Origin: Octopus vulgaris
Taxonomy: Eukaryota
Length of the DNA stretch: 64,000 nucleotides
NCBI GenBank assembly: GCA_951406725.2
Contig: OX597834.1
Span: forward strand, 40,362,001-40,426,000
Reading direction: 5' to 3'
Shown: positions 44,827-59,031 of the stretch, piece by piece
Layout: each line of letters opens with the position of its first letter
How positions within the stretch are numbered: position 1 is the first letter of the stretch
The notes under the pieces: model-generated
Seen by the model: the letters and a program-made list of their open reading frames with translations, nothing else
Databases searched by the model: none
Told to the model about the DNA's origin: nothing
Translations under genes and position numbers: made by a program

Positions 44827-45046
44827 CTACATATGTACAGTGCTGTTACGTAACCGCTTGATGGATTGATTGCTGAAGGCAGCTGAATGAGAGATATTTG
44901 GTGAAGTAATATTTGGAGAGATGACTGTGGGAAGGGGAAGAGGTGGGACGGATGACTGGTGGTGATGAGGATGATGATGATGATGACGCGCTGGTAGTGA
45001 TGGTGCTGGTGACGTTGATGAGGAGGAGCGTGGTGGTAGTGAGTAA

Positions 45047-45080
<34 letters not shown>

Positions 45081-46262
45081 GGTGGTGGTGGTGGTAGTGT
45101 TGATGATGGTGATGGAGGCGGCGGCTGTGGTGATGACGTTGGGGGTGGATAGTGATGATGATGATGATGATGATGATGTCAAAGACGACGATGATATCAA
45201 TGATGATGACGATGATGATGATGATGATGGTAGTGGTGGTGGTGGTGGTGGTGGTGGTGGTGGTGGTGGTGGTGGTGATGGAGGCGGCGGCTGTGGTGAT
45301 GATGTTGGGGTGGATAGTGATGATGATGATATCAATGATGATGATGATGCTGAAGGCAATGGAGATGGTAGTGGTGGCGGCGGTGATGGTGACAGTGGCG
45401 CAGGTGATGATGTCGACGATGATGGTGGTGATGATGATGGAGGTGGTGGTGGTGGTGGTGGTGGTGGTGGTGATGATGATGATGGAGATGGTGGTGGTGG
45501 TGGTGGTGGTGGTGGTGGTGATGATGATGGAGATGGTGGTGGTGGTGGTGGTGGTGGTGGTGGTGGTGGTGGTGGTGGTGGTGGTGAACAGTCGTGGTAG
45601 AAGAAGAGGTACCTGTGTCAGTCCATTATGGCGTAGGTTGCGAGAGGTGGGGGTGGGAGTTGAAGGGTGGAGGACCGGAGGGCGGTTGGATGAGTGGAGG
45701 GTGAGTGGAGGGTCAGCTTCAGGGTCAGCACGAGATTATTGCTCACGTGAGTGGAACAGACATGGCTGATGCTACCGGAAGTAAGCTTGAGCAGGAAATG
45801 CATCGTGCAACATGTGTGAACGCTTCGCTGCATATGTACGTTGAGGTGTGTATATATATATATATATAGTGTGCGTATATATATATATGTATATAGGTGT
45901 GTGTTTTTGTCTATTTATAGATCTATGCATGTGTGTATTTATAGCTTTACGTGTGTGTGTTTATATGTGTATTTATATCTTTAGGCACATATATGTGTGT
46001 GTGTGTGTTTTGTGTGTAAAATGTATGTTTATGTGTGTGTGCATACGTATGGTTATGTCTGTGCTTATACGTGTATATGTATATATGTATGCGTGAATGC
46101 GCGTACGAATGAGGCTCTATGTGTATCACGTGATTCTATAGATTCTTACGTTAAATTTGGTCTACATTTTTTTTATATTATGCAGAGCATAAACAAAATA
46201 TAACTCTATGTGTGTGTGTGTGTGTGTAGATATATATATATATATATAGATAGATAGATAGT

Positions 46263-46336
<74 letters not shown>

Positions 46337-46355
46337 TACAAACGGACAGACAAGA

Positions 46356-46426
<71 letters not shown>

Positions 46427-46445
46427 TACAAACGGACAGACAAGA

Positions 46446-46505
<60 letters not shown>

Positions 46506-46526
46506 GCAGACAGACAGGCAGATAGT

Positions 46527-46609
<83 letters not shown>

Positions 46610-47114
46610 CTCTCTGTCCAATTGTGCCATGTCATACACGCAGTCCCTAGAGCTATCGCCGTATTAGTTTTCTGTTCTATTTCCCACCTTTTCCCATCTT
46701 AGAAAGCTAAAACTCTCAATGTCTCTCCAAAAATTCTAGACTTCACACTTTCGTTGCAATCTTATATCGACATTCAGTAAACACATCACTTTAACTGTCT
46801 TCTTCGCAGCCCCTCCAATAGCCATGGTTAACCCCAGCTCTCCACCTTCACGGCCGCAGAATACGTCAAGTGTAATAGATTATTGTTCCCTTACCAAAAT
46901 CCTATAGAATGATGCTCTCACATCGAGAGATAATTTGCTGCGGTACGTACGGACACTCAGTATTCAGAAGAAAGCTAGCTGACTGAATGACAAACAAGCA
47001 AATGTCTGATTGTTTAACCAGTACATTAAACAAACAAACGATCGATTTATTAGATGGTTAGTTATTTAACAAATTGACTAACAATAAAGAAGTGATAGTG
47101 AACCAATGCGTGTG

Positions 47115-47260
<146 letters not shown>

Positions 47261-47308
47261 GTTGTTATTATTATTATTATTATTGTTATTATTATTATTA
47301 TTATTATT

Positions 47309-47823
47309 CAGTAGTTTTATTTTTATAGCGTGCTTTCACTTCACTACCGAGCGCAGCTCTGTGTGCCTTGGGTATGTGCTGTGATTTGTTGTGATGCTCT
47401 GATGGTTATTGTATGAAAAGTGCTCTGCGTAGGATGTGTGCAGTGCCTAGTAGTGCAATTTTCTGTATGTTATATGTGTTTGTAAGTCCTGGTGTTTTTG
47501 TTATGTATTTGTCTGAATATTTTTTTATCATGCCTAATGCACCTACTATGATAGGAATTGTTTCTGTTTTCAGATTCCACATTCTAGATACCTCTATTTC
47601 CAGATCTTTGTATTTTGAGAGTTTCTCCATTTCTTTTAGAGACACGTTGTCATCAGCCGGTATTGATACATCAATTAGAAAGCATTTTTTTTTTCTTCAT
47701 GGTCTCTGACAACTATATCTGGCCTATTGGCCTTAATTTCTCTATCTGTGTGTATCGGCATATCCCAGAGTATGGTTGCTTTCTCGTTTTCTGTGACCTT
47801 TTCTGGTGTGTGCCTATATCATC

Positions 47824-47825
<2 letters not shown>
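47309..47825 (-). mobile_element. 5'-truncated Dong/R4-clade non-LTR retrotransposon (restriction-like endonuclease C-terminus and 3' UTR) inside (TAA)n
   Basis: Minus-strand translation reads YRHTPEKVTENEKATILWDMPIHTDREIKANRPDIVVRDHEEK[frameshift in poly-A]CFLIDVSIPADDNVSLKEMEKLSKYKDLEIEVSRMW...PIIVGALG (RPD...D...K.KY motif). (TAT)n flanks both sides. Confidence 0.9.
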
Positions 47826-47891
<66 letters not shown>

Positions 47892-47905
47892 CATCATAAC
47901 TGTGA

Positions 47906-48122
47906 AGGCGACGAGTTGCCAGAATCGTTAGCTCGCCGGACAAAATGCTTAGCGGCATTTCGTCCGTCTTTACGGTCTGAGTTCAAATTCCGCCGATGTC
48001 ACCTTTGTCTTTTATCCTTTCAGAGTCGATAAAATAAGTACCAGTTGAGCGCTGGGGTCGATGTAATGGACTTACAAACCTCCCCGCAACTTGCTGGCCT
48101 GGTGCTAAAATTTGAAACCAAT
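47906..48122 (+). mobile_element. Family A SINE (tail 3)
   Basis: GGCGACGAGTTGCCAGAATCGTTAG...TTGCTGGCCTGGTGCTAAAATTTGAAACC. Confidence 0.8.
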
Positions 48123-48376
48123 GGCTGCTGTTACTCCAAGTTAACTAGTTGCGTACAACATCTACTTCCGGTCAGTCTCGTCCTTTCTTTATTCTTTTCG
48201 TTATACATTCTGTCCTAATTTACTATTCCCCACCCCCACCTCCACCCAATCCTTCCCTTTGATTATCAGGAAAAAGCCTCGTGGTAGAATTGAACGATTA
48301 ACGCCGGTGTACAATCGATGCTGAAGGGGGGGGGGCAATGGCTGGCCTGTATTACTTCGTACAAGCTATCTATCTG

Positions 48377-48431
<55 letters not shown>

Positions 48432-48432
48432 C

Positions 48433-48463
<31 letters not shown>

Positions 48464-48669
48464 GACTGTCTGTCTGTCTGTCTGTCTATCTGTCAGTCTA
48501 TCTATCTATCTATCTATCTATCTACCTATCTATCTATCTATCTGTCTGTCTGTCTGTCTGACTGTCTGTATGTATGTCGTTTGTCTGTCTACATATCTAT
48601 CTATTTATTTAGCTGTCCGTCAGTCTGTCTATCTATCTATCTAGCTACTTATCTTTCTATGTGAGTCTA

Positions 48670-48730
<61 letters not shown>

Positions 48731-49034
48731 TCTCTTTCTCTCTCTCTCTCTCTCTCTCACTCTCACTCGCTCGCTTTCTTATCTGAAGCTTCTCCATGTT
48801 TTCTTCTTTTTTTCTACACCGAGACGTTTCCCCCATAAATCCACAACAATGCTACTAAATAGATTTAATATGTCACAACGTTCCACTTTCTTCTTTGCAT
48901 CCTACTTTCAATTCTATAATTGACAATTTTCTAGAATCTTATAAGCAGACAATTTGTCTTTTTCTCTTTTTTTTCTTTTCTTTTCTTTCTGTTTTCTAAT
49001 TTTTTTACTTCTTATATGAAAAGATAGACATTTG

Positions 49035-49192
49035 CAGCTGCGTGATTAAGAAGCTCGCTTTGCGATCGTGTTGATTCGGGTTCAGTCTCAATGCGTGGCA
49101 CCTTGATTAAGTGTCTTCTACTTTAGCCCCTGGCAGACTAATGCCTTGTCAGGGAATTTGGTGAACGGAAATTATGGAGGCTTGTCGTATGC

Positions 49193-49226
<34 letters not shown>

Positions 49227-50075
49227 ATGTGTGTGTGTGTGTGGGTGTGTATGCCAGTTCCTGACTTCCATGTGTTTTAACACCCGGTGCCTTGAGGGAA
49301 TATTCTCCACCACGTTACGTCGCAGCCTAGCGGCAAATACACAGTGCACGTGCGTTACGTTTATGGGGTTGATAATGTGTGTGTGTATGTGTGTGTGTGA
49401 GAGTGTGTGTGTGTGTGTGTGAGTGTGTGTGTGTATGTGTGCGTGTGTGTGTGTGTGTGTGTCCGTGCCCGCGCGCGTGTTTCTGCTTGTCCCCTACCAC
49501 TGCTTGACAACCGATGTACATTTGTTTACGTCCCTGTAACGTAGCGGTTTGGCAAAAAAAGAAAAGAAACGATCGATAGAATAAGTACCAGGGTTTCTGA
49601 AAAAATATGTACTGGGGTAGGTTTTTTTTTCTTTTACTAAAACTCTTCAATACGGTGCTCTAGTATGGCCGCAACCTAATCACTGGACCAAATAAAAGTC
49701 TAAAGAGAACCTAGATATGGTTGCGGGTTCAGTTCCACTACGTGGCACCTTGGGCACAAGTCTTCTGCTATAACCTTGGGCCGACCAAAGCATTGTGAGT
49801 GGATTTGTCAAACGGAAACTGAAAGAAGCCCGTCGTATAAGTGTGTGTGTGTGTGTGTGTGACTGTGTTTGCCCCACTACCGTTTGACAACCGGTGTTGG
49901 TGTGTTTACGTCCACCGTAACTTATCAGTTAGGCGAAAAAGCCGATAGAATAGGTAACAGACCTTTAAAAAAAGAATTACGGGGGTCGATTCATTCGCCT
50001 ACACAAAACTCTTCAAAGCGGTGCCCCAGCATGGCCGCAGTCTAATGACTGAAGCATATAAAAGATATAAAAAGC
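49035..50075 (+). mobile_element. Two tandem, degenerate family B SINEs
   Basis: Heads at ~49035 and ~49715; 3' modules at 49480-49690 and 49865-50075. Confidence 0.7.
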
Positions 50076-50326
50076 CGCAGAGAAAAACCCCGTAATGAAT
50101 GATCCAATCCAAACCCTTAAAAAGGCAGAATTGGTAATAAGGCTGTTGCCCCCTAAGTAACAGGGTGTAGCTACAAGTGTTAAGGAGAGAATGAAAAGTT
50201 TTGTTTTTATTCATACACGCATGACTTGGTGTTATTTGTAAAGGGGACAAATGTCAGTAAGGAGAAGTTATGTGAGAAGGGGGGGGGGAGAATTTGAAAG
50301 AGTGCAAAGAATGGAGAGAGTGGGAA

Positions 50327-50363
<37 letters not shown>

Positions 50364-50446
50364 TGTGTCAAAGATACTGTTTTCAAAAATACATACATTA
50401 AGGGTGTGTGTGTGTATGTATAAAATGTATATATATACATATATAC

Positions 50447-50499
<53 letters not shown>

Positions 50500-50683
50500 T
50501 AGATAGATATAGATAGATAGATAGATAGATAGATATACACACATGCACGCATATATATGTGTGTATATATACAAACTTACATATACAATTACATATATAT
50601 ATATATACATATATATATACATATATATATATATATGTATGTATTATGTATATCTACGTGTATATATACATATATATATGTAC

Positions 50684-50725
<42 letters not shown>

Positions 50726-50776
50726 GTATACGTATTTATGTATATAGATATATGAGATATGATATATATATATATG

Positions 50777-50857
<81 letters not shown>

Positions 50858-51173
50858 CGGAGAAACGCGATGTAATATAAAGATGAGATTTAGAAATGAA
50901 CGACTTGGAAGAAGGCTACATCTGTGTCTATAAATATTTCGAAGTAGATAAAGCAGATAATAAAAATATATGTAACACTCATAAGTGAAAATAGGACAGA
51001 GTCAGAAGAATGAAACCGTTGTTCCATATTGGAGATAATGCTACGAAGAATACAAACCATAAACACTCTCTGTCTTTCATTAAAATCTTTTTTTTGTTTT
51101 TCTTTTCAGTCATTAGATTGCGGCCATGCTGTGGCACCGACTTCAATGCTTTAGTGGAACGACTCGACCCAAA

Positions 51174-51236
<63 letters not shown>

Positions 51237-51345
51237 TTAAATAATAAGGGTGAAAAATTGAATATTAATTTGATTAATATTAATTTAAAACCAGTGGCGC
51301 AGCATATTGAAAAATCTGAAGATTCAAAAATATTATATGCATGTA

Positions 51346-51383
<38 letters not shown>

Positions 51384-51389
51384 ACATAT

Positions 51390-51452
<63 letters not shown>

Positions 51453-52009
51453 GAGGGAATATTATTCCTAACTTACAGGGAAAAATTCAATTTAGAAATA
51501 CTAAATCAAATTACACAAAATATAATATATATACATAAATTAGAAAAAAACACCTTTTATCAATTCACCATCACCACCACCATCACCACCACCATCGCTA
51601 CCATCGCCACCATCACCACTACTATCGCCATCATCACCACCACACAAAAAAGACAGTATTTGAGTCGAGTTGTTCGACTAAACAGGTGTCTTTGCTAGCC
51701 ATTAATATTTGCGTACCAGCTGTCAGGAATCTGCTTGATATATAAAATGGTCTTTCCAATAGCGCTACACCGCTAAAATTAGTGGGTATTCAAATAATAT
51801 GTTCATGGATAGCTGATGGGTTGGATGTGCTGCTGATAAAAGCGCAATAACTCTTGAAATATGCATCTACACCAATTATCTATTTCCTGTGTTTCAATGA
51901 CATTCTTTACATAAACGTGTTTGTATACAAAACGCCGTATCTTTCAGTGCTGACTCTAAATCCAAAAGAAAATCTGAAATCATCGCATTGCCAACACAGC
52001 AGTAAAGCG

Positions 52010-52237
52010 CTTACTCTCTTTACTCTTTTACTTGTTTCAGTCATTTGACTGTGGCCACGCTGGAGCACCGCCTTTAGTCGAGCAAATCGACCCCAGGACT
52101 TATTCTTTGTAAGCCTAGTACTTATTCTATCGGTCTCTTTTGCCGAACCGCTAAGTTATGGGGACGTAAACACACCAGCATCATCGCATGTCAAGCGATG
52201 TTAGGGGACAAACACAGACACACAAACATATAAGCAC

Positions 52238-52300
<63 letters not shown>

Positions 52301-52458
52301 CATATATACGACGGGCTTCTTTCAGTTTCCGTCTACCAAATCCACTCACAAGGCTTTGGTCGGCCCGAGGCTATAGAAGAAGGCCACGTAGATGGACTGA
52401 ACCCGGAACCATGTGGTTCATAAGCAAGCTACATACCACACAGTCACTCCTGCGCCTA
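52010..52458 (-). mobile_element. Family B SINE, near full length
   Basis: Reverse complement of the whole family B layout, including the (TA)n core. Confidence 0.85.
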
Positions 52459-53006
52459 TAATAAACTTGATAACATATCATAGTTGCAAGGCGAAATACT
52501 GTATCTTTGCCGGTAATTAATTACTATAGTTATCTAATCGGCGAGATATCAGAATCGTCAGTGCATCAAACAGAACGCTAAGCGGCAATTCGTTCGTCTT
52601 TACGCTCTGAGTTCAAATCCCACCAAAGTCAACTCGGGGGTTCAACAAGGAAAATAAAGTACTAATACAGTACTAGCGTCGATGACATCAACAAACCCAC
52701 ACCCCTCAAAATTCCTGGCCTTGTACCAAGTTATACGACTATAATTATTGCTTTTGTTGTTGTTTTTATGTACATTTTATGAGTCCGGCTGATAGCGGTT
52801 TGTTCAAATTACAGAGAGAGAATAGAGATTCTTTGTATTAAAATTCCTCGGTGAATAAACAGGTTTTACATCCTATTTTATAGCCGAAAATTTTTAATCT
52901 ACATAATCGGGGTGGATGCGTGTACATGTGGAGAGTTGTGTGGTTGTGTGTGTGTGTGCGCGCGCGTGTGTGCGCACACATATATGTGTGTGTGTGTGTG
53001 TGAATG

Positions 53007-53037
<31 letters not shown>

Positions 53038-53103
53038 GATATTTATATAGTTATGTATGTTGTGTGTATCAATGATGTCTGAGCGTTGTATGTATGTATG
53101 TGC

Positions 53104-53195
<92 letters not shown>

Positions 53196-53435
53196 CATGT
53201 ATGTATGTATGTGTATATATACATATATATATATGATATTTATGTATTTGTGTATGTTGTGTGTGTCAGTGATGCCTGCATGTTGTGTATGTACAGGGTG
53301 CGTGTGTATGTGTGCGTGTGTGTGTGTGTGCTTGTGTGCGTGTGTGTGTGTGTTAAACAGAGATAAGGACACCATAAACAACTCAACGTTATTCTATTGA
53401 TATTCTCAAAACGATTCTAGCTGACCGAAAGTGCG

Positions 53436-53466
<31 letters not shown>

Positions 53467-53759
53467 TACATACATACATACATGCATACATGCATACACA
53501 CGTACGTACGTACGTACATGCATTCATACAAACGTAAGTACATATGTACATACATACATACATTTATGTACATAGACAGTTACATACATACACACATACA
53601 TACATACATAAATACATAAGTACATATATACATATATACATGTATACATATATACACATATGTATACATACGTACGTATATACTTTTGCAAGATATAGGT
53701 GCATGCGTACATGCATAGTTACTCTCATGCAGCCGTTAATATATATTTATATATATATA

Positions 53760-53804
<45 letters not shown>

Positions 53805-53861
53805 GCCCGTAATTCCTTGATGTATCTTTATATATATATACATACATATATATATATATAC

Positions 53862-53901
<40 letters not shown>

Positions 53902-54102
53902 ATACATACATACATACATACATACATACATACATACATACATACATACATACATACATAATACATACATGCATGCCAGCATACATACATATATACATAC
54001 ATAAATACATGCGTGCGTCCGTGCGTGCGTGCATACATACGTACATACATACATACGTTCACACATACCTACTTACCTACATACATACGCACATACGTAC
54101 AT

Positions 54103-54157
<55 letters not shown>

Positions 54158-54546
54158 TATACATACATACATACAAGCCCCCATATACTCAGCCAGACAC
54201 CCGTGTCTAGACAAATATGTATAGTCCCTGAACAGTTCCGCCATAACTGTTGCGAGTTTATACACATCTAATACCGTATGAACGAACGGGGATCGATACG
54301 AATCAACGCGGATCAATACGAATCGATAGAAATCAATATAGGTGAAAGCAAAATAATTTTTGACCATTCTGACCGTTGGCACAGGAATTACTTCTCCAAA
54401 GTATCAAGGGAAAACAACGTAGCATTGCAATTTATTCCTCTTTCAACCGATTCCGAAGTCTCACAATGCTTTGCACACTAAATCGATAGTTTGTTGGCTT
54501 TGGCGTGTCTCCTGTCCTAACTTCTCTTCTTTCTCTCTCTCTCTCT

Positions 54547-54603
<57 letters not shown>

Positions 54604-54701
54604 CATCTATCTATCTATTTATCTATCTATCTACCTATCTATTTATCTACCTATCTGTCTGTCTGTCTATCTATCTATCTTTCTAGCTATCTATCTACCT
54701 A

Positions 54702-54793
<92 letters not shown>

Positions 54794-55638
54794 GTTACCT
54801 GTCTCTCTTTCTGTCTATTCATTTCACTCTCTTATCTATTTATCTCTATCTCTCTTTTATTCTTTTTTTTCTTTTTCTCACTCTTTCGCTTTCTATTTTT
54901 TCTTTCTGATTCTGTTTCCCCTACATTATTTCTCTCCTTCTATTTCTTTCTCTTTCTGTCTTCTTTCTCTTTCTTTCTTTCTTTCGTTCGTTCGTTCTTT
55001 CTCTCTCCCTCTCTCCATCTCTCTCTCTCTCTTTATCTATATATCTATCTATCTATCTATCTCTTTTCCTTTATCCCTTTCTATCTTTCTTTCTTTTCTT
55101 CTTTCCTTTCTTCGTTCTTTCTGTCTTCACTTTCTTTCTTTCTTTCATTTTTACACTCTCTCTCTCTTTCTTTCTAGCTCCCTCTTTTCTCCCTTTCTGT
55201 TCCTCTGCCTTTCTTTCTTTCTTCTTCTCTATCTCCCCCCCCTCTCTCTCTTCCTTTCACTCACACAAACTTAATTCAAATTCAAAGCTGTGGGAAATTT
55301 GAAACTATAAAACTACCATTGTCCAGAGAACATTCTTCGCTCTTAATCTTTCTTCGTTGCCTTTCTTTTTTCCACCGTTTCTTTATGACTTTTACCATTT
55401 TTATTATTTTTCGTTTACATTTTTTTCTTACATTTATTCCTTCCAACGTTTTCTTTCATTCATTATTTTATAACCTCCCTTTGTTTTCACTCTCCTTTCC
55501 ACTTATTTCATTTTTGTTTTCGTCCCTTTCTTCCATTCTTCCATATTGTGTCCAATTCACCCGCCAGTATCCGCTCTATTCTTAACTCGTTTCTCTATTC
55601 TCGTTTTCTAGCTAATCCCCTTGTTTCCTACAACAACG

Positions 55639-55670
<32 letters not shown>

Positions 55671-55983
55671 AGCAATAACTGCAACACTAACGTCAACAAC
55701 AGCAATGAAATTCCACTGAAGGCATGCCAAACCTCAACCCCATCCCTGTTTCCACACCAACCGGAGACATCATATTTAGACAATTCCTACTCTCTTATAG
55801 AATGCAGTTGTACACAATGCTTTTCAAGAGCCGATCTACAAAATTCACGACGCAAACTTTCTCGAAGCGCTAAATATTTATCTGTTTTTAATTACGTTAT
55901 GTAACAATACGGTGGGACATAGACTTCACGGTAACAATTCTGCCAGCTCGCTGCTTTAGTATATTTTAGTACATTAGTATAAT

Positions 55984-56120
55984 ATACGAGGGTGTACTGA
56001 AAAGCTCTTGGCTTTAAGGGTGTCGCGAAAGGCCTGGTTGGAGGCCTAGGCTTCTGAGTTCCTTTACAGAAAAACTAAAGGACCGCTGCAATAAGTGTGT
56101 GAATCTGAGAGGAAAATATC
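55984..56120 (+). mobile_element. Mariner-derived MITE fragment
   Basis: TACGAGGGTGTACTGAAAAG terminus. It encodes the remnant CNKCVNLRGKY, resembling a mariner transposase C-terminus, and is homologous to 58661-58876. Confidence 0.7.
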
Positions 56121-56131
56121 TCTCTCTATAT

Positions 56132-56328
56132 CAATGGCTTTCAACAAGGGTTCCGCGGAACCTTAGGGTTCCGCAAGAAGTTACAAAACTGCTAAAATCG
56201 GCAGTAATTTTTAATTCTCCTGTGCAGATATGTGTGCATAAGACTATTAAATTATTGCACAGGGGTTCCTCGAGCCAGTGGAATGTTTCCTTGGGGTTCC
56301 GCTCCAGCAAAAAGTTTGAAAAGCACTG
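56132..56328 (+). mobile_element. hAT-superfamily MITE with 8-bp TSD CTCTATAT
   Basis: TIRs CAATGGCTTTCAAC / TTTGAAAAGCACTG; CTCTATAT at 56124-56131 and 56329-56336. Confidence 0.9.
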
Positions 56329-56874
56329 CTCTATATAAAGCTGAAGTTGTCTGTGTATGGCAGGTTTGGTAGCCTTCAACTAATACGATCTCCGTACGCT
56401 AAGGTAACGCTTTCGCAATCATGTCCGTGACGCACAGCTAAACATGCCATTTGTTCTGGGGTGTACAGTTGTGGTGGTGGTTGCGGTGGTGAAAGTATCA
56501 TAGTGGCGCACGTGCAACGTCCTTGATACAATGAAAACACGGCAGACGACACTTTTACTTGTTACTATGGAAACAGACAGGAACGAGAGATTTACGATCA
56601 CGTGTTTAACAGTGGCCTTCGATTGGCTAAAATTAGTACAAATTTTGCAAATTTTAAAATTTATTAACTTCTTATTTATCAATTTATATTAAAAATTAAT
56701 TTCATTTTAATAATTAGCATTCAAAACTAAATCAGTTTTAACCAAATTTGAAAACAATTGAAACAAAATTGAAAATAAATGCGAATTCTGTTAGAACAAC
56801 CGAAAAGATGCTTGATTTACTGAAATCCTTTTGGAAAACCATCAACCAGGATACTACAAATTGCTGTGCTAGAA

Positions 56875-57290
56875 TACTCTTTACTCTTTACTCTTTTACT
56901 TGTTTCAGTCATTTGACTGCGGCCATGCTGGAGCACCACCTTTAGTCGAGCAAATCGACCCCGGGACTTATTCTTTTGTAAGCCCAGTACTTATTCTATC
57001 GGTCTCTTTTGCCGAACCGCTAAGTAACGGGGACATAAACACACCAGCATCGGTTGTCAAGCAATTTTGGGTAGGGGGACAAACACAGACGCACAAACAC
57101 ACACACACGCATATATATATATACATATATACGACGGTCTTCTTCCAGTTTCCGTCTACCAAATCCACCCACAAGGCATTGGTCGGCCCGGGGCTATAGC
57201 AGAAGACACTTGCCCAAGATGCCACGCAGTGGGACTGAACCCGGAACCATGTGGTTGGTTAGCAAGCTATTTACCACACAGCCACTCCTG
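56875..57290 (-). mobile_element. Family B SINE, full length
   Basis: Reverse complement runs from the head AGGAGTGGCTGTGTGGTAAA to the (GAGTAAAA)n tail. Confidence 0.85.
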
Positions 57291-57556
57291 AGACATTATC
57301 GTACAAAAGTTTGCTACAGTAAAACGTACGAGGGTCGGCTGAAAAGTTCATAGGCTGACCAAGATACTCTTCATGGAATGTGACCAAATGAGGTCATCCA
57401 ACAGCACGTGATGAACACGATCAATGTTTTCTTCAGTGGTGGCCATTGCAGAACGTCCAGACCTTGCATCATCTTCAGGACTCTCTTTTCCCTTCCTAAG
57501 AGTTCAGCTGCCCACTTATACACTGTTGATAAAACTGCAGCACCAACCCCCTAATG

Positions 57557-57775
57557 CAGTGCTTTTCAAACTTTTTGCTGGAGCGGAACCCCAGGGAAAC
57601 ATTCCACTGGCTCGTGGAACCCCTGTGCAATAATTTAATTGTCTTATGCACACATATCTGCACAGGAGAATTAAAACTTACTGTCGATTTTAGCATTTTT
57701 GTAACTTCTTGCGGAACCCCTGGACTGTACTGGCGGAACCCTAAGGTTCCGCAGAACCCTGGTTGAAAACCACTG
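57557..57775 (-). mobile_element. hAT-superfamily MITE with 8-bp TSD CCCTAATG (same family as 56132, inverted)
   Basis: TIRs CAGTGCTTTTCAAAC / GGTTGAAAACCACTG; CCCTAATG at 57549-57556 and 57776-57783. Confidence 0.9.
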
Positions 57776-57804
57776 CCCTAATGTAACAACCATGTCAGCA
57801 TGAA

Positions 57805-58038
57805 GGGCGGCGAGCCGGCAGAATCGTTAGGACACCGGGAGAAATGCTTAGCGGTATTTCGTCTGCCGTTACGTTCTGAGTTCAAATTCCGCCGGGGTCG
57901 ACTTTGCCTTTCATCCTTTCGGGGTCGATAAATTAAGAACCAGTTACGCACTGGGGTCGATGTAATCGACTTAATCCCTTTGTCTGTTCTTGTTTGTCCC
58001 CTCTAAGTTTAGCCCCTTGTGGGCAATAAAGAAATAAG
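57805..58038 (+). mobile_element. Young family A SINE (tail 1) with a perfect 17-bp TSD
   Basis: AACCATGTCAGCATGAA at 57788-57804 and 58039-58055. Confidence 0.92.
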
Positions 58039-58275
58039 AACCATGTCAGCATGAATGTCGTTAGAGGCTAAACCCTTTTTTTGCAGGGACTTGAAAACAC
58101 CACGATGCTAAGTTTTCTCCATTATCAAGAGCAGTCGCTAGGAGTTACTTTTGAAATCTTCTTTGAACAGTGATTTGTCCGTTTACCTGGAAAGAAACAA
58201 TGCAATTAATAAGAAAGGTTGAAATGAATGCATGCAAGATATCACAGCTCTAGCATCACTCCTTCACACACACAC

Positions 58276-58315
<40 letters not shown>

Positions 58316-58660
58316 ACGGGCTTCTTTCAGTTTCCGTCTACCAAATCCACTCACGAGTCTTTGGTAGGCCCGAGACTGTAGTAGAAGACACTTGCCCGAG
58401 GTTCCACGCAATGGGACTGAACCCATGTGGTTAGTAAGCAAGCTGCTTACCACAGAGCCACACTTGCGCCAATAGCATAGCCAGCAATTACAGGGAAGCG
58501 GTTAAGTCGATAGCATCGACCTCAATGTACAACTGGTACTTATTTTATCGACTCCGAAAGGGATGAAAGGCAAAGTCGACCCCAGCGGTATCAGAACTCA
58601 GAACGTAAAGTCGGTTGAAATGCCGCCAAGCATTTGCCCCCGGTACCGTAACCATTCTTG

Positions 58661-58876
58661 TAAGGGGCTGCTAAAAAGTTCCTGGTTTTAAGGGTGTCGC
58701 GAAAGGCCTAGCTGGAGGCCCAACCTTCTGAGTTCTTTTACGGGGCTTAGAAAACCTGAAGGCCTGCTGCAATAGGTGTGTGAATGAGAGGAAAATATGT
58801 TGAATAGAATCATAATTAATTGATTCTCCTCTATTTTCTTTTACTCAAAGCCAGGAACTTTTCAGCACCTCCTCAT
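58661..58876 (+). mobile_element. Mariner-derived MITE with TIRs
   Basis: AGGGGCTGCTAAAAAGTTCCTGG ... CCAGGAACTTTTCAGCACCTCCT; internal remnant resembling the mariner transposase C-terminus, ending YVE*. Confidence 0.8.
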
Positions 58877-58877
58877 A

Positions 58878-59031
58878 TTTTACCTTGAAATATTACCATG
58901 GTTATATCCCACCTCGGTAAGCGTTGCCAGTGTTATAGTACCCCTTGGTAACTGTCAGCATGGAATCTCTCTTACTTTGGTAACACTAGCCATCGTGTAT
59001 TTTATACCAAGATAGCTGTTGCTATGGAAAC
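58878..59031. promoter_or_regulatory. Cluster of RFX X-box-like motifs
   Basis: Consensus-like GTTGCTATGGAAAC (59018-59031), plus ATTACCATGGTTAT, GTACCCCTTGGTAAC, GTCAGCATGGAATC and CTTACTTTGGTAAC within ~150 bp. Confidence 0.45.

Larger units (their letters stand above)
57327..58190 (-). mobile_element. Non-autonomous mariner element carrying a decayed transposase N-terminus, interrupted by a hAT MITE and a SINE
   Basis: With both insertions removed, the minus strand from the ATG at 58122 reads MEKT*HRGVFKSLQKKGLASNDIHADMVVTLG..LSTVYKWAAE..KGKESPEDDARSGRSAMATTEENIDRVH (mariner HTH, EDxxRSGRP-like; frameshifted). Terminus TACGAGGGTCGGCTGAAAAGTTC. Confidence 0.85.

Noticed and set aside
56561-56574. 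X-box-like GTTACTATGGAAAC
   Set aside because: It is a single site inside a transposon-dense stretch that itself looks repeat-derived, so it is not counted as regulatory.
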